NCBI GenBank assembly: GCA_017438635.1
Contig: JAFRUZ010000002.1
Location: forward strand, 623 to 64,622
DNA from: Bacilli bacterium
GTDB taxonomy: Bacteria > Bacillota_I > Bacilli_A > RF39 > UBA660
Length of the DNA stretch: 64,000 nt
Direction of reading: 5' to 3'
The translations under genes were made by a program, and so were the position numbers. A model generated the notes under the pieces. It was not told where the DNA came from. It saw only the letters and a program-made list of their open reading frames with translations, and made no database searches. Shown piece after piece: positions 49,578-60,100 of the stretch (within the stretch, counting starts at the first letter, position 1; each line of letters begins with the position of its first letter).

Positions 49578-51485
49578 TTAAAGTTTTCTACCTTTTTCAA
49601 ACTCTTTAACAGCAGCAGCAGTAAGCACTCCACCACCACCTATAAAGGCAGTAGATCCAACACCAGCTGCTATTGTACCTAATACAGTACCACCAACTGG
49701 TCCAGTAAGAACCACAGCAGCAAGACCAAGAGTACCTAATGTAGCCGCTAGTTTACGACCACCTTTTGTATCTACTAACTCTCTAATTCTTGAGTTAACT
49801 CCATCCTTTATAGCTATAACTTTAGAGCGTACAACTGCCATTGTATTACCATCTATAACTGCAGAATTAACTTCTTCAATAGGAACTTCAGGAACCTCAG
49901 GAGATGATTCAGGTACAGATCCGCTTTGAGTTTCATAATCAACATTAAATTCATTATTATTAGCCTCTAAATCGTCTTCTGTTTTAGTATCCTCGTCATT
50001 AGTACCTTTAATTTTTGCTATAGTTTCTTCTCTTGCTTTAGCATCATCTATTGAATTAGCAATTTCTATAATTTTATCTTCTCCAAGATTGTATTTATCT
50101 GCATTTTTAATAACAGATAGTTTATAATTATCATCATTCATACTTGACACTATATGAACTATTTCAAAATCACGTAAATCAAATGCCTTAGCATCCTCTA
50201 TAGCTACGTTCTTTAAATCATCATATTTAATAGACTCTAATACTCTAACAAAATCTGCAGCACGTAATTCTTTATTAGTACGATGATTTGATACGTAATT
50301 AGACATATACTCCATTATTTTATTCTTGTCATTAGTATTAATAAGTTCTTCAATTTCTTCCTCATTATAAAAATACTTTGCAGAGTTCGAAACATCTGAT
50401 TTTATAGTACTCTTTATTCTATCTACATCTTCATCATTCAAACCATAATCTTTTGCATGATTCACAAATTCTTGCTTGAATGCATCATCATTAATAGTCA
50501 ATAGTATATCACGTATACCTTCATGATTTAAACCAAAATCTTTGAAATTCTTTAAAACCTCAATTCTACTAGATTCTTTTTCCATTGAAAGAACAACCTC
50601 AGCTTTGTCATATGAATCAAGAATTTTATTACTTCTAAGTTCAAATACTTTTAAATAGTCTCTAGACAAGCCTTTAACTCTGTCTAATTCAGCATCATGT
50701 AATTTTAAATGTTCATCTAAAGTCATTACTTTATCTCCAGAATCACTATTCTTTTGTGGTTCAACTGGTTCTGGTGCCTTTGTATTATTCTTTACAAATT
50801 CATTAAATTCAGCACTATACTTTCTTTTTATAGCCATTAAATCTTTATTCATTGAATAATCATTATAAACAGCTGAATCAGGACCTTGTGATGATATAAA
50901 CTGTGTAATTAAGTCCATTTCTTTATATTTTAATTGTTCTTCCTCTAATTTCTTTTGAGCGTTAGCATTAGCTCTTGCTTTAACAGATGCTATTTGACCT
51001 TTGTAACTTGCTATTGCATCATCTGCCATTCTAATTCTATTTAATAAAGATTCTCTTGCTTTTTGTTTTCCTTCACTAAAACTAGCTACTTCTTCTTCTA
51101 ATTTTTTTGCTTTATCATCTTTTTCTTCTTTAAGATGTCCAATTTTAGCAGTTACACTTTTTATTTCTTCACCTTTTTCTTTTATCAAGCGATCATAACC
51201 AGCTATAGCAGGGTTTTTAATTGCAGCTGGAACACCTGTTCTTCTTTCTGCGGTTTCCCTTTTAGAAAGCAAATCAAATAAGTCCATAGATAAATTTTGC
51301 AATTCTAAATCTAATGGTTCTATCTCCTCATCAATTTTTTTAAGATCTTCCTCTAAAATGCCTTCTAATTCTTTTCTTTTTTCCTCAATTTGTTCATCAA
51401 TCTTGTTATTTTCTTCTTCTAGTTTTAATCTTTGTTCTTCTTTTGACTTTAAAACATTTTCTAATGCTTGTACACCTCTGTCCAT
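49578..51485 (-). CDS. Coiled-coil, helical-repeat protein with C-terminal Gly/Ala hydrophobic hairpin
   Basis: N-terminal heptads, ~30-aa helical repeats, C-terminal LAATLGTLGLAAVVLTGPVGGTVLG...; AAGGAGG RBS and TTGCAA-17-TATAAT promoter. Confidence 0.7.
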   Translation of the reverse strand: MDRGVQALENVLKSKEEQRLKLEEENNKIDEQIEEKRKELEGILEEDLKKIDEEIEPLDLELQNLSMDLFDLLSKRETAERRTGVPAAIKNPAIAGYDRLIKEKGEEIKSVTAKIGHLKEEKDDKAKKLEEEVASFSEGKQKARESLLNRIRMADDAIASYKGQIASVKARANANAQKKLEEEQLKYKEMDLITQFISSQGPDSAVYNDYSMNKDLMAIKRKYSAEFNEFVKNNTKAPEPVEPQKNSDSGDKVMTLDEHLKLHDAELDRVKGLSRDYLKVFELRSNKILDSYDKAEVVLSMEKESSRIEVLKNFKDFGLNHEGIRDILLTINDDAFKQEFVNHAKDYGLNDEDVDRIKSTIKSDVSNSAKYFYNEEEIEELINTNDKNKIMEYMSNYVSNHRTNKELRAADFVRVLESIKYDDLKNVAIEDAKAFDLRDFEIVHIVSSMNDDNYKLSVIKNADKYNLGEDKIIEIANSIDDAKAREETIAKIKGTNDEDTKTEDDLEANNNEFNVDYETQSGSVPESSPEVPEVPIEEVNSAVIDGNTMAVVRSKVIAIKDGVNSRIRELVDTKGGRKLAATLGTLGLAAVVLTGPVGGTVLGTIAAGVGSTAFIGGGGVLTAAAVKEFEKGRKL

Positions 51486-51623
51486 AGTCAATTCCTCCTT
51501 TTAAAAGGTTTGCCCCTTTTTTGCGCCCATATTATATCACAGCACAACAAAAATTGCAATATTTTACTACTTTAATAATAACACAAAAAAAAGTTTAAGT
51601 AAACTTTTTTTATCTGTATTTAT

Positions 51624-52328
51624 CTATTTTTTTACATTACCAAATCTTCTATCTCGGTTATAGTATTCTTCTATTGCTCTATCAAAACATTTCTCATCAA
51701 AATCTGGAAAATATTCTGGTGTAAACAAAAACTCTGCATAAGATATTTCCCATAATAAGAAATTACTTATTCTTTGTTCTCCACTCGTTCTAATTACATA
51801 ATCTACATCAGGTAATTTATTATATAATTTTGTACTAAAATACTCTTCTGTTATATCTTTTTCCTCTATTAATCCTTCTTTTAATTCATTTGCTATTTTC
51901 TTTGAAGCATCTACTATTTCAGCTCTACCACCATAGTTTAGACAAAAATTAACTATTAATCCTTTATGATCTTTAGTCCTTTCTTCTAACTTTTTCATAG
52001 AAGAATAAACTTCATCACTAAGTGGTTCTTTCCTACCTGAAAATATTATTTTTATATCATCTTTTTTATATTTTTTACTACTTACACTAAACCATTTCAT
52101 AAACAGATTCATTAAGTAATCTACTTCATCTTTTGATCTTTTAAAGTTTTCTGTTGAAAAAACATATAAACTAAGTACCTCTATATCAGTCTTTCTAGAA
52201 GCATGAAGTATTATCCTTTCTAACATTTTAGAACCCGCTAAATGACCTTCACTTCGTATTTTTCCTCTTTTTTTTGCCCATCTACCATTACCATCTACAA
52301 TAATAGCAACGTGTCTAAGTTTTTCCAT
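51624..52328 (-). CDS. uppS: Undecaprenyl diphosphate synthase
   Basis: HVAIIVDGNGRWA, FSTENFKR, NYGGR, RTSGEQRISNF. Confidence 0.95.
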   Translation of the reverse strand: MEKLRHVAIIVDGNGRWAKKRGKIRSEGHLAGSKMLERIILHASRKTDIEVLSLYVFSTENFKRSKDEVDYLMNLFMKWFSVSSKKYKKDDIKIIFSGRKEPLSDEVYSSMKKLEERTKDHKGLIVNFCLNYGGRAEIVDASKKIANELKEGLIEEKDITEEYFSTKLYNKLPDVDYVIRTSGEQRISNFLLWEISYAEFLFTPEYFPDFDEKCFDRAIEEYYNRDRRFGNVKK

Positions 52329-52367
52329 ATTCCCTCCTCATAATTAATTATATAATAAATAGTTTTA

Positions 52368-52395
52368 AAAAAACAAGGACTTACATCCTTGTTTA
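52368..52395 (-). terminator. Intrinsic terminator closing the 63565-52393 gene run
   Basis: AAACAAGGA-TGTAAG-TCCTTGTTT followed by T-tract. Confidence 0.75.
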
Positions 52396-53976
52396 ATCAA
52401 ACATATCACTTATTGTGTAAACATATATTATATCTTCTATAGAAAAATCACTTTTTTCTATAACATTATAATATAGTATCTTATTTATATCATTTATTAT
52501 AGTATCAATATTAGAAATATCTTCTAAAGAATTTTCAGGAATATTTATACTGCTTAATTCATACTTATCAGTAATAACTTGTTTTATATCTTTATTATTC
52601 TCTATATTTATATTATTTATAATATTGTTATACGGACTAAGTATAAGTTTATTTATTTCATCTATTACTTCATCAGTTTTTAGGTCTTGCTCACCTATTA
52701 ATTTATCTTGATATATGTAATATGAATTAGCAAGTTTAAACAACGATATTAGTTCACTATTACCATTAAAAAGTAAGAACTTTTCATTGAAAATATCGGT
52801 ATCTAATTCATCATAAAAACCCTTTAATTCCATTATCTGATTATCTATATCCATATATAGTTTATCTATTGCTTCATCTTTATTCTTCTTATTTTTTGAA
52901 GCCCAAGTAGCTTTAGTTAACTTATACATTAATCCTAATTTAACTTGTTCTTCACCACTTAATAAATAAACTTTTTTAGATAAATCACTTAGCTTACTCT
53001 CTGCTTTTTTGATTTCACCAGACTTAGTTTTTACTAAACCTTTATATTTATCTTTTTCATCATATAACTTTTTCATATCATCTAAGATATAGTTATACTT
53101 TAAAACATAAGAATATTCTTCAAGAGTATGTTTTAATTTAATAAACTCTTCAATAACACCATCAATATTATCACCAATAGCATTTAAATCAGTATAACTA
53201 CCTATAACACTATCTATTTTTTCTTTAGTGAAATCATTTGGATTAAGTTCTTTATTCATAAACATATCATACACACTAGATATATTTATAATTTCATTAT
53301 CATTAAGTTCTTTTAAACTTTGATATTGTTTTATTAAACTATTATTAAAATCTTTTAATAGTTTTTGTTGTTTTAGTGCTAAAAACTTATCAAAATTTGA
53401 TTGATATTTATAATAAAGAGTCTTAAATGTTAATTCCATATGAGTAATTATATTTGATTCTTTCCAGTATAATTTTTCAAATGCTTCACGCAGAGTTCTA
53501 TTATTTAAATCATCCTTATTTTGTAAGAAAATCTTCATATATTCATAAAATACTGGACTATATGAGAAATCGCTTAATTGCAAATTAACTCCTGCTTCTT
53601 TATACATTGATAACACACTAGATATTGTTTTATTAACATCTTCATATGTTACTTTATCTTTACTCATAATATAAAGCATTTTATCAAATTCCATCTTTTC
53701 ATAAGAAGTATTATACTTACTAAACCAATGATATTCATTAGCTATTTTATTAATTAATTCACTTTTATCTGCATATTTTTCTTTTGGTAATTTAGCAAGT
53801 ACTGCTTCTTTTCTAGATTTGATTTCTTTTATAACATCTTCTTCTTTTACTTTATACTTTTCTAGTTCTTTAGAAATACTATCTTTATATTTCTCTATAT
53901 TTTTTTTATTATTTTTAGGTAAAGTGGATAATACTTCTTTTTGAACTTCTATTTCTTTTTTTAACTCTTCTATCAT
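52393..53976 (-). CDS. Hypothetical coiled-coil cytoplasmic protein
   Basis: 527 aa, K/E-rich helical, AAGGAG RBS. Confidence 0.7.
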   Translation of the reverse strand: MIEELKKEIEVQKEVLSTLPKNNKKNIEKYKDSISKELEKYKVKEEDVIKEIKSRKEAVLAKLPKEKYADKSELINKIANEYHWFSKYNTSYEKMEFDKMLYIMSKDKVTYEDVNKTISSVLSMYKEAGVNLQLSDFSYSPVFYEYMKIFLQNKDDLNNRTLREAFEKLYWKESNIITHMELTFKTLYYKYQSNFDKFLALKQQKLLKDFNNSLIKQYQSLKELNDNEIINISSVYDMFMNKELNPNDFTKEKIDSVIGSYTDLNAIGDNIDGVIEEFIKLKHTLEEYSYVLKYNYILDDMKKLYDEKDKYKGLVKTKSGEIKKAESKLSDLSKKVYLLSGEEQVKLGLMYKLTKATWASKNKKNKDEAIDKLYMDIDNQIMELKGFYDELDTDIFNEKFLLFNGNSELISLFKLANSYYIYQDKLIGEQDLKTDEVIDEINKLILSPYNNIINNINIENNKDIKQVITDKYELSSINIPENSLEDISNIDTIINDINKILYYNVIEKSDFSIEDIIYVYTISDMFD

Positions 53977-54095
53977 TTTGCTTCTCCTTGCTCACTTGCA
54001 TTTTGAAGTTCACCTGTTAAAAATTTTAAATAATCTTCAATTATTTTGTAAACCTCTAATAATTCATCATAAGATAAGTCCTTAATATTATCCAT
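53973..54095 (-). CDS. 40-aa small protein, not in ORF track
   Basis: MDNIKDLSYDELLEVYKIIEDYLKFLTGELQNASEQGEAK; AAGGAG RBS; ATGA overlap with next gene. Confidence 0.75.
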   Translation of the reverse strand: MDNIKDLSYDELLEVYKIIEDYLKFLTGELQNASEQGEAK

Positions 54096-54106
54096 TTTAC
54101 CACTCC

Positions 54107-57100
54107 TTATTTTATTATTAAATATTGATATACTTCTCCAATATAATTATTTCCATCATACAGAGATATAACTACTCTATATGTTCCAGATACTAAATTA
54201 CTCTTAGTAGTTAAGAATATATTTGTATTATTTGCAGGATATCTTGTTAATAAGAATTCATTTGGTGTACTAGTAGTTGTAAATTGATTTTGGAAATAAT
54301 CTCGTATATCTACTAACTCATACTCTGTTGAGAAAGGTGTATTATATTTTCTTCTTTTCATAGATATACGTATTTGTGGATTACTAAGCATAGAACTGTA
54401 TTTGTATGTAAATACTTCTGTGTTATTGTCATTAAGATTCTTGCCTGTATCTTTATCTATTATAACTTGTTTTTCAGGCAATGTCACATCTAATCCGTAA
54501 ACACTGTCAAGTACATTAAACGGAATTGTAGTATAATCCGAAGATACTAATCCGTAATATATACCATCAGGTGAGCTAAACGACTCTATTTTCATAGTAT
54601 ACTGACCAGGAGCCAAAGATTTTGTCGTATGAAGTTTAATTCTTGCAAGTACGTTTGAAATCCTTTCAGCAATCTTAATTCTGGTTGTTCCATCGACTCT
54701 CGGATAATGTAAAACTCCATCTAGTTCATATGATACCCCAAGTAAACTAGCCCCAGTTACTTGATCATTATTAGAATCAAATATTGTTATTTTAATACCC
54801 ATTTGACTTTCAAGAGCAGCTGTATCGTAAACTGGAACGCCTTGATATGTATTTTGAACATAATTAGTTGTTACATTAAGTCTTACTTCATCACCAGGAT
54901 ATATATTATTAGTACTTAAAGTACCTGTAACATCTATAACTGATTCATCACCATGAATCAAGTTGTATTGCATTGCTGCTTGTTGTAAACCTAAAACCCC
55001 TACAATAGTTTGTCCACCACTATTTCTTAATTCTATTAGTAATGATTTTCCTATTACATTTGAATTAATACCACTTTCACTGAAATCTACTATAGCAATG
55101 AATTCCTCTTGTGCTATATCATTAGTTGTATCAAAATATGCAACATTGTTAGCAGAATCACTATAAGTGTTAGTAGGACTTGTACTACCCATCCGTATAA
55201 ACCGTGAGAAATCATAAGTTACTTCTTGATTCTGTTGAAACTCTGTCTGTGCAGCAGCATAATCTGCAGCACTAACTATATAGTAATAGTAACTTGGATC
55301 AGCATGATTATGTAAATCTATTAGTGTTATCTTTGTTTTTTCAGGTAAAACATAATCTGAAACTAAAGTACGATAACATCCAGTTTGATAGAAGTTTTGT
55401 TGTTGTACAAATAGTGAATAGTAATTACTATAACTACCAGTTGTAGTAATATTTATAGCATCACTTGCAAATAAACTGTAATGTTTACCAGGAGCTGCTG
55501 TACCTTCATAATCGTTTGTAGTAAATAGTGCTCTAGTTAAATGTATTTCAACATTAACTCTCTCTATTATACTTTCTAGATCGTTTACTGGTGTTACTAC
55601 TACTAGTGAGATAACAACATCACCCATATTACCAGAAGTATACAAGTTCTTTGAATGGTACAAGTAAAATTGTAATACTGGCGTCATTATCGAATTTTCA
55701 CGTTTATAATTAATCGTACCATTTATAGGATGATCTGGATCAGATAAGAATACTGTTTCACCATTGTTCATCCAACCTGATGACGGTGTCTTTATCGCTA
55801 GCCCCATATTATTGTCAGCAGCTTGTTGACTACTAGCAATTCTTGGTATTGTTTCTGGATCTACTAGATTAACACCATCCGCTAAATCTGCATAATTAAA
55901 TCCTACGATAGAGAATACAGCATTTGGTCCAGAATGCATTACTAAAGGTAAATCAACAGTACCAAGAGTCAAGTATTTTGATGCTGTAATTGTCATTGGA
56001 TAAGATGATACTTGTTCACCAATAGACCACATATAGTAATCTGCATCATCTGGCGTTGGAGTAATATAATCAACTTTTATCTTTCCAGAATTATCCGCCA
56101 AATCAAAGTTAGAATAAAATCCATCTACAGTAATATCATGAGTTTGTCTATAGTGTTCACCAAGTACATAACTACCTCTACTATACATGTATAAATCTGT
56201 TGAAGGTACTACATCATCATAATCATATTGTTCATTATATAATCCTGTAGATATAACTCCTTCTCTTGTTCTTTGATACATTCCAAAGAATGTCATTCCA
56301 TGTACTTCACCTGGAACAGATATATTTTGAGTTTTGGCAATGTTTAAAACTTTTCCTTCAAGAATATATACTCTATTATCAACATTCTTTGTAACTGTTT
56401 TATTTTCTTCATCAATATCTACTGCTGCAAGTGTTTCAACATTGTTTATATCTACAGCACTTGTAAATTCTTCAAGTAAGTTAGCACCTGTTTTTAAATA
56501 TAATGTCGTTCCATTTTTTATTTTTAATTCTGCAATTCTACTTATTGAGAATTCTTCATCATCATAATCATTTGTTCTATCCTTTGCACCATATAATTCA
56601 AAACAAGAATTATTAATTATTACTCTATCTGCTCTTTGTAATGAAATGTTTCTCTTTATATCATTAGCACTTCCATAATTATCGATTGTTATATAACTGT
56701 AACCTGATGTAGAAGAAGCATTACCACTACCAAATATAGAACCATCAATATTGAAATTATTATGTGTCGCAGCATCTATATATATATCTATTCCTCTAGT
56801 TACACTGATGAATGAGAAGTCGTAGTTTGCACTACCTGAAGCATTGGCTTCACCACCACCAAATACTGTTCCACCAATTGAAATATCACCTTGAACTAAA
56901 TTAGAATTATTAGGAATAGTATTATAACCGATGTTTACTCTTGTATAACCATATACTCTTGAGGTATTAGCTCCTCCGTAAACATTTCCACCAATAGTTG
57001 CACCCGCAATGTTTACTGTACTTATTGAATTGTTATTTGCTTCAATACCAGTTTGAGCGGCATTACCACCACCAAAGACATTTCTACCTACATTTGTAGT

Positions 57101-60100
57101 TCCATCTATTGTAACTGTAGCATTTCCATTTACAACTGCAGCAGAACCATTACCACCGGCATATACACTATCTCCAATAGTTGATGAAGAAATATATACA
57201 TTTGTATTTCCAGTTACAACACCGGCATTACCTCCACCGTATATTGAACCGATTATACTCGAATTTACAAAATTTACAGTAGTGTTATTATTAACAGCAG
57301 CTTGGTTACCACCACCGTATAATTGTCCACCAATTGCTACACCATTACAATTTATATTTGCATAATTAACTGGTGCTAAGTTACCTCCACCATAAACATT
57401 GTGAACATAACCTTTAGTAAGATTTATATCAGTAGTACCAGTAAGACCACCACGGTTATTACCGCCATATAAATTAGAAACGATTAAGTTTTCACTATTT
57501 TGTACAAATGCATCTCCAGAAGATGATATTCCTACAATAGATTGTTCATCCATTTCAAAATTAGCCACTGGATCATTAGAATAAATAGTAAATGTAAATG
57601 AATGAGTAGCACCAGGTGCTAGTTCAAATGGATTATTTTCATCATATTTATTTATTTGATTAAAAGTATATATTCCGTCATCTTCTGTTATGTCATGATT
57701 ACTATAATTTGAATAAAGAGTTGAACCTTGATCCTTAAGTACACCAGACCATTCTGTTATTGTTTTATCACTATTATTAGTAACAGTAACATTAACAGTT
57801 ACCACAGAAGTATAATCTGTGTCTTGCCAATATGGATCTACTGCTACAGCACTAGTAGTAATATCCATATCTATTTCTGTTTCGTTATTAAATGTTGTTT
57901 TATTAGTTTGGGCAGTACTTATATGACTTGTTGTAACAGTACCAGATTGATTTGAACCACCAAATACATTTGTAGCAGTACCACTCTTTAAAATTATATT
58001 TGAAGTTGTAAGACCTGCTTGATTACCGCCACCAAATATACTTCTAGTGTTCGTACCATCTAAAGTTACAGTTGAAGTTGTAGTTGTAGCTTGATTACCA
58101 CCACCGTACACATAAGTAGCTCTTCCAGAGTTTAAATTAACATATGTTGTAGTTGTTGTACCACCTGCATTATTGCCACCATATACAGAAGTTGCTCTAC
58201 CACCATTAATATTTACCGTACTTTGTGGTACCGTTCCAGAGGAATCTGATCCTCCGAATATTGAGCCGTTAACTGTAGCACCATTTTGATTTACTGTTGT
58301 TGATGTCGTAATACTTGCACTTTTACCACCACCAAATACATCGGTAGCAGTTCCGCTTGTTAAAGTAACTAACGTTTGAGTAGTAGTAGCTAATCGACCA
58401 CCACCATAAATAGTACCTGCACTAGCACCATTTAAAGTAACATTTGCACTTGAAGTAACACCACCAGCATTATTACCACCATATACATAGGTAGCACTTC
58501 CACTAGTTAAAGTTACATTAGAAGTTGTTACATTACCAGATTGATTAGAACCACCATATATTTCTCCGCAATTTGCACCATCTAAAAGTACACTTGTTAC
58601 CGGTACACCAGTTTGATTACCACCACCATAAGTGTAATCCACATCTCCGCCATATAGTTTAACTTGTACAGTACCATTTGGAGTACCTGCAGCATCGTTT
58701 CCACCAAAGACATTAGTAATATCTCCACCATTTATTGTTACTAATACATTACCTTCAACATATGGTGTATAAGTACTAGATCCTTTACCACCACCGAAAA
58801 CTGAACCTATGTTACCTTTGTTTACGGTTACTCGTGTATCATAACTAGAAACTGTATTAGTATTAGTAGCACCATTTACTGTACCATAAGCACTACCTCC
58901 GAATACTTCTCCAGAAATAGTAGGTCCAGGATTTATACTGCTATCTCCAATTGTTACTCTAACGTTTTGGGTAACGTAAGTACCAGGGTGATCATTATCA
59001 TTAGCTATATAACCACCTTTTCCTCCACCAAAGACATTAGCAACAGTTCCATTTACTATATTTACATTTGTGCTTCCATAAATTGTTCCTTTTTCATTAG
59101 AACCACCATAGACAGCACCAGATACTGTGCCTCCAGTCATTTCAATATTAACTGTAGAACTAATACTTGAAGATCCAGAACCATTGTTGTTACCTCCGCC
59201 ATAGACAGAACCACTTATTGTTCCACCATGTACCCATATATTGGTCGTTGTTGTTCCACTTGTTTTACTAACCCCTACAGCCGAGAAATTACCTCCACCA
59301 TAGACATTACCATTAACAAGAGCATCCTCATCTATAATTACATTAGAATTGTCATTTGATCCGATTGTTTGAGACCCTGATTTACCATTACCGTTACCAA
59401 ATACTGAACCGGCTTCAGCTCCCCACATAGTGTTATTATTGCTTGCCATTATTGTAGTATCTCCGATTTCTGCTCCGCCGCCAACATATACTAGTGAAGA
59501 TCCTCTTAAAGTTCCATCACCTTCACTACCATCATAACCGTTTGATCCACCAAAGACGCTGTAATTTATTTTACCACCAGTAAGTTGAATAATTCTGTTA
59601 CCATATGTAGCAGTAGTACCTGCTCCACCAGTTATCATATCGATGGTTCCACCTTTTTGATAAATATAAGTATCATTTACACTACCCCTGTTAGTAGCAG
59701 TAAGTGGTCCACCGATTAAATTATATATATATCCACCAAGAATTGTAGCTTGTCTTGCAGCGTTATGAGTACCACCGTAACGACCACCTACATATATACC
59801 AGTAGTATGGTCTATCTTACCTCCACCAAAACTACCACTTTTTACTGTTAATTCAATAAATGTTTCTTTACCATTAATAGCACTGTAAGCTCCTCCCCAA
59901 GTACCAGAAGCACAGTAATATACATCAAGTTTTGTATTATCATTTGCTACTCTATCATAGTCATTGCCATACTCTACTAAACCATCCATACTTATGGTAG
60001 GTACATTATTTGTAGAGTTATATGGTGTATTAGTATTTGAAATAGACATATAATGACCTTGTTCTATCATAAGTTTATAATTTTTGTTACTGTTACTACT

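Noticed and set aside
51495-51532. GGGCGCAAA and GGCAAACC words reminiscent of a c-di-GMP-I riboswitch
   Set aside because: Motifs are in the wrong order, the leader is too short and P2/P3 stems cannot form.
56800-59900. Recurrent CCACC/TTACCACC DNA words suggesting a CRISPR or tandem array
   Set aside because: They are Gly codons of protein repeats within one ORF, with no identical repeat-spacer structure.
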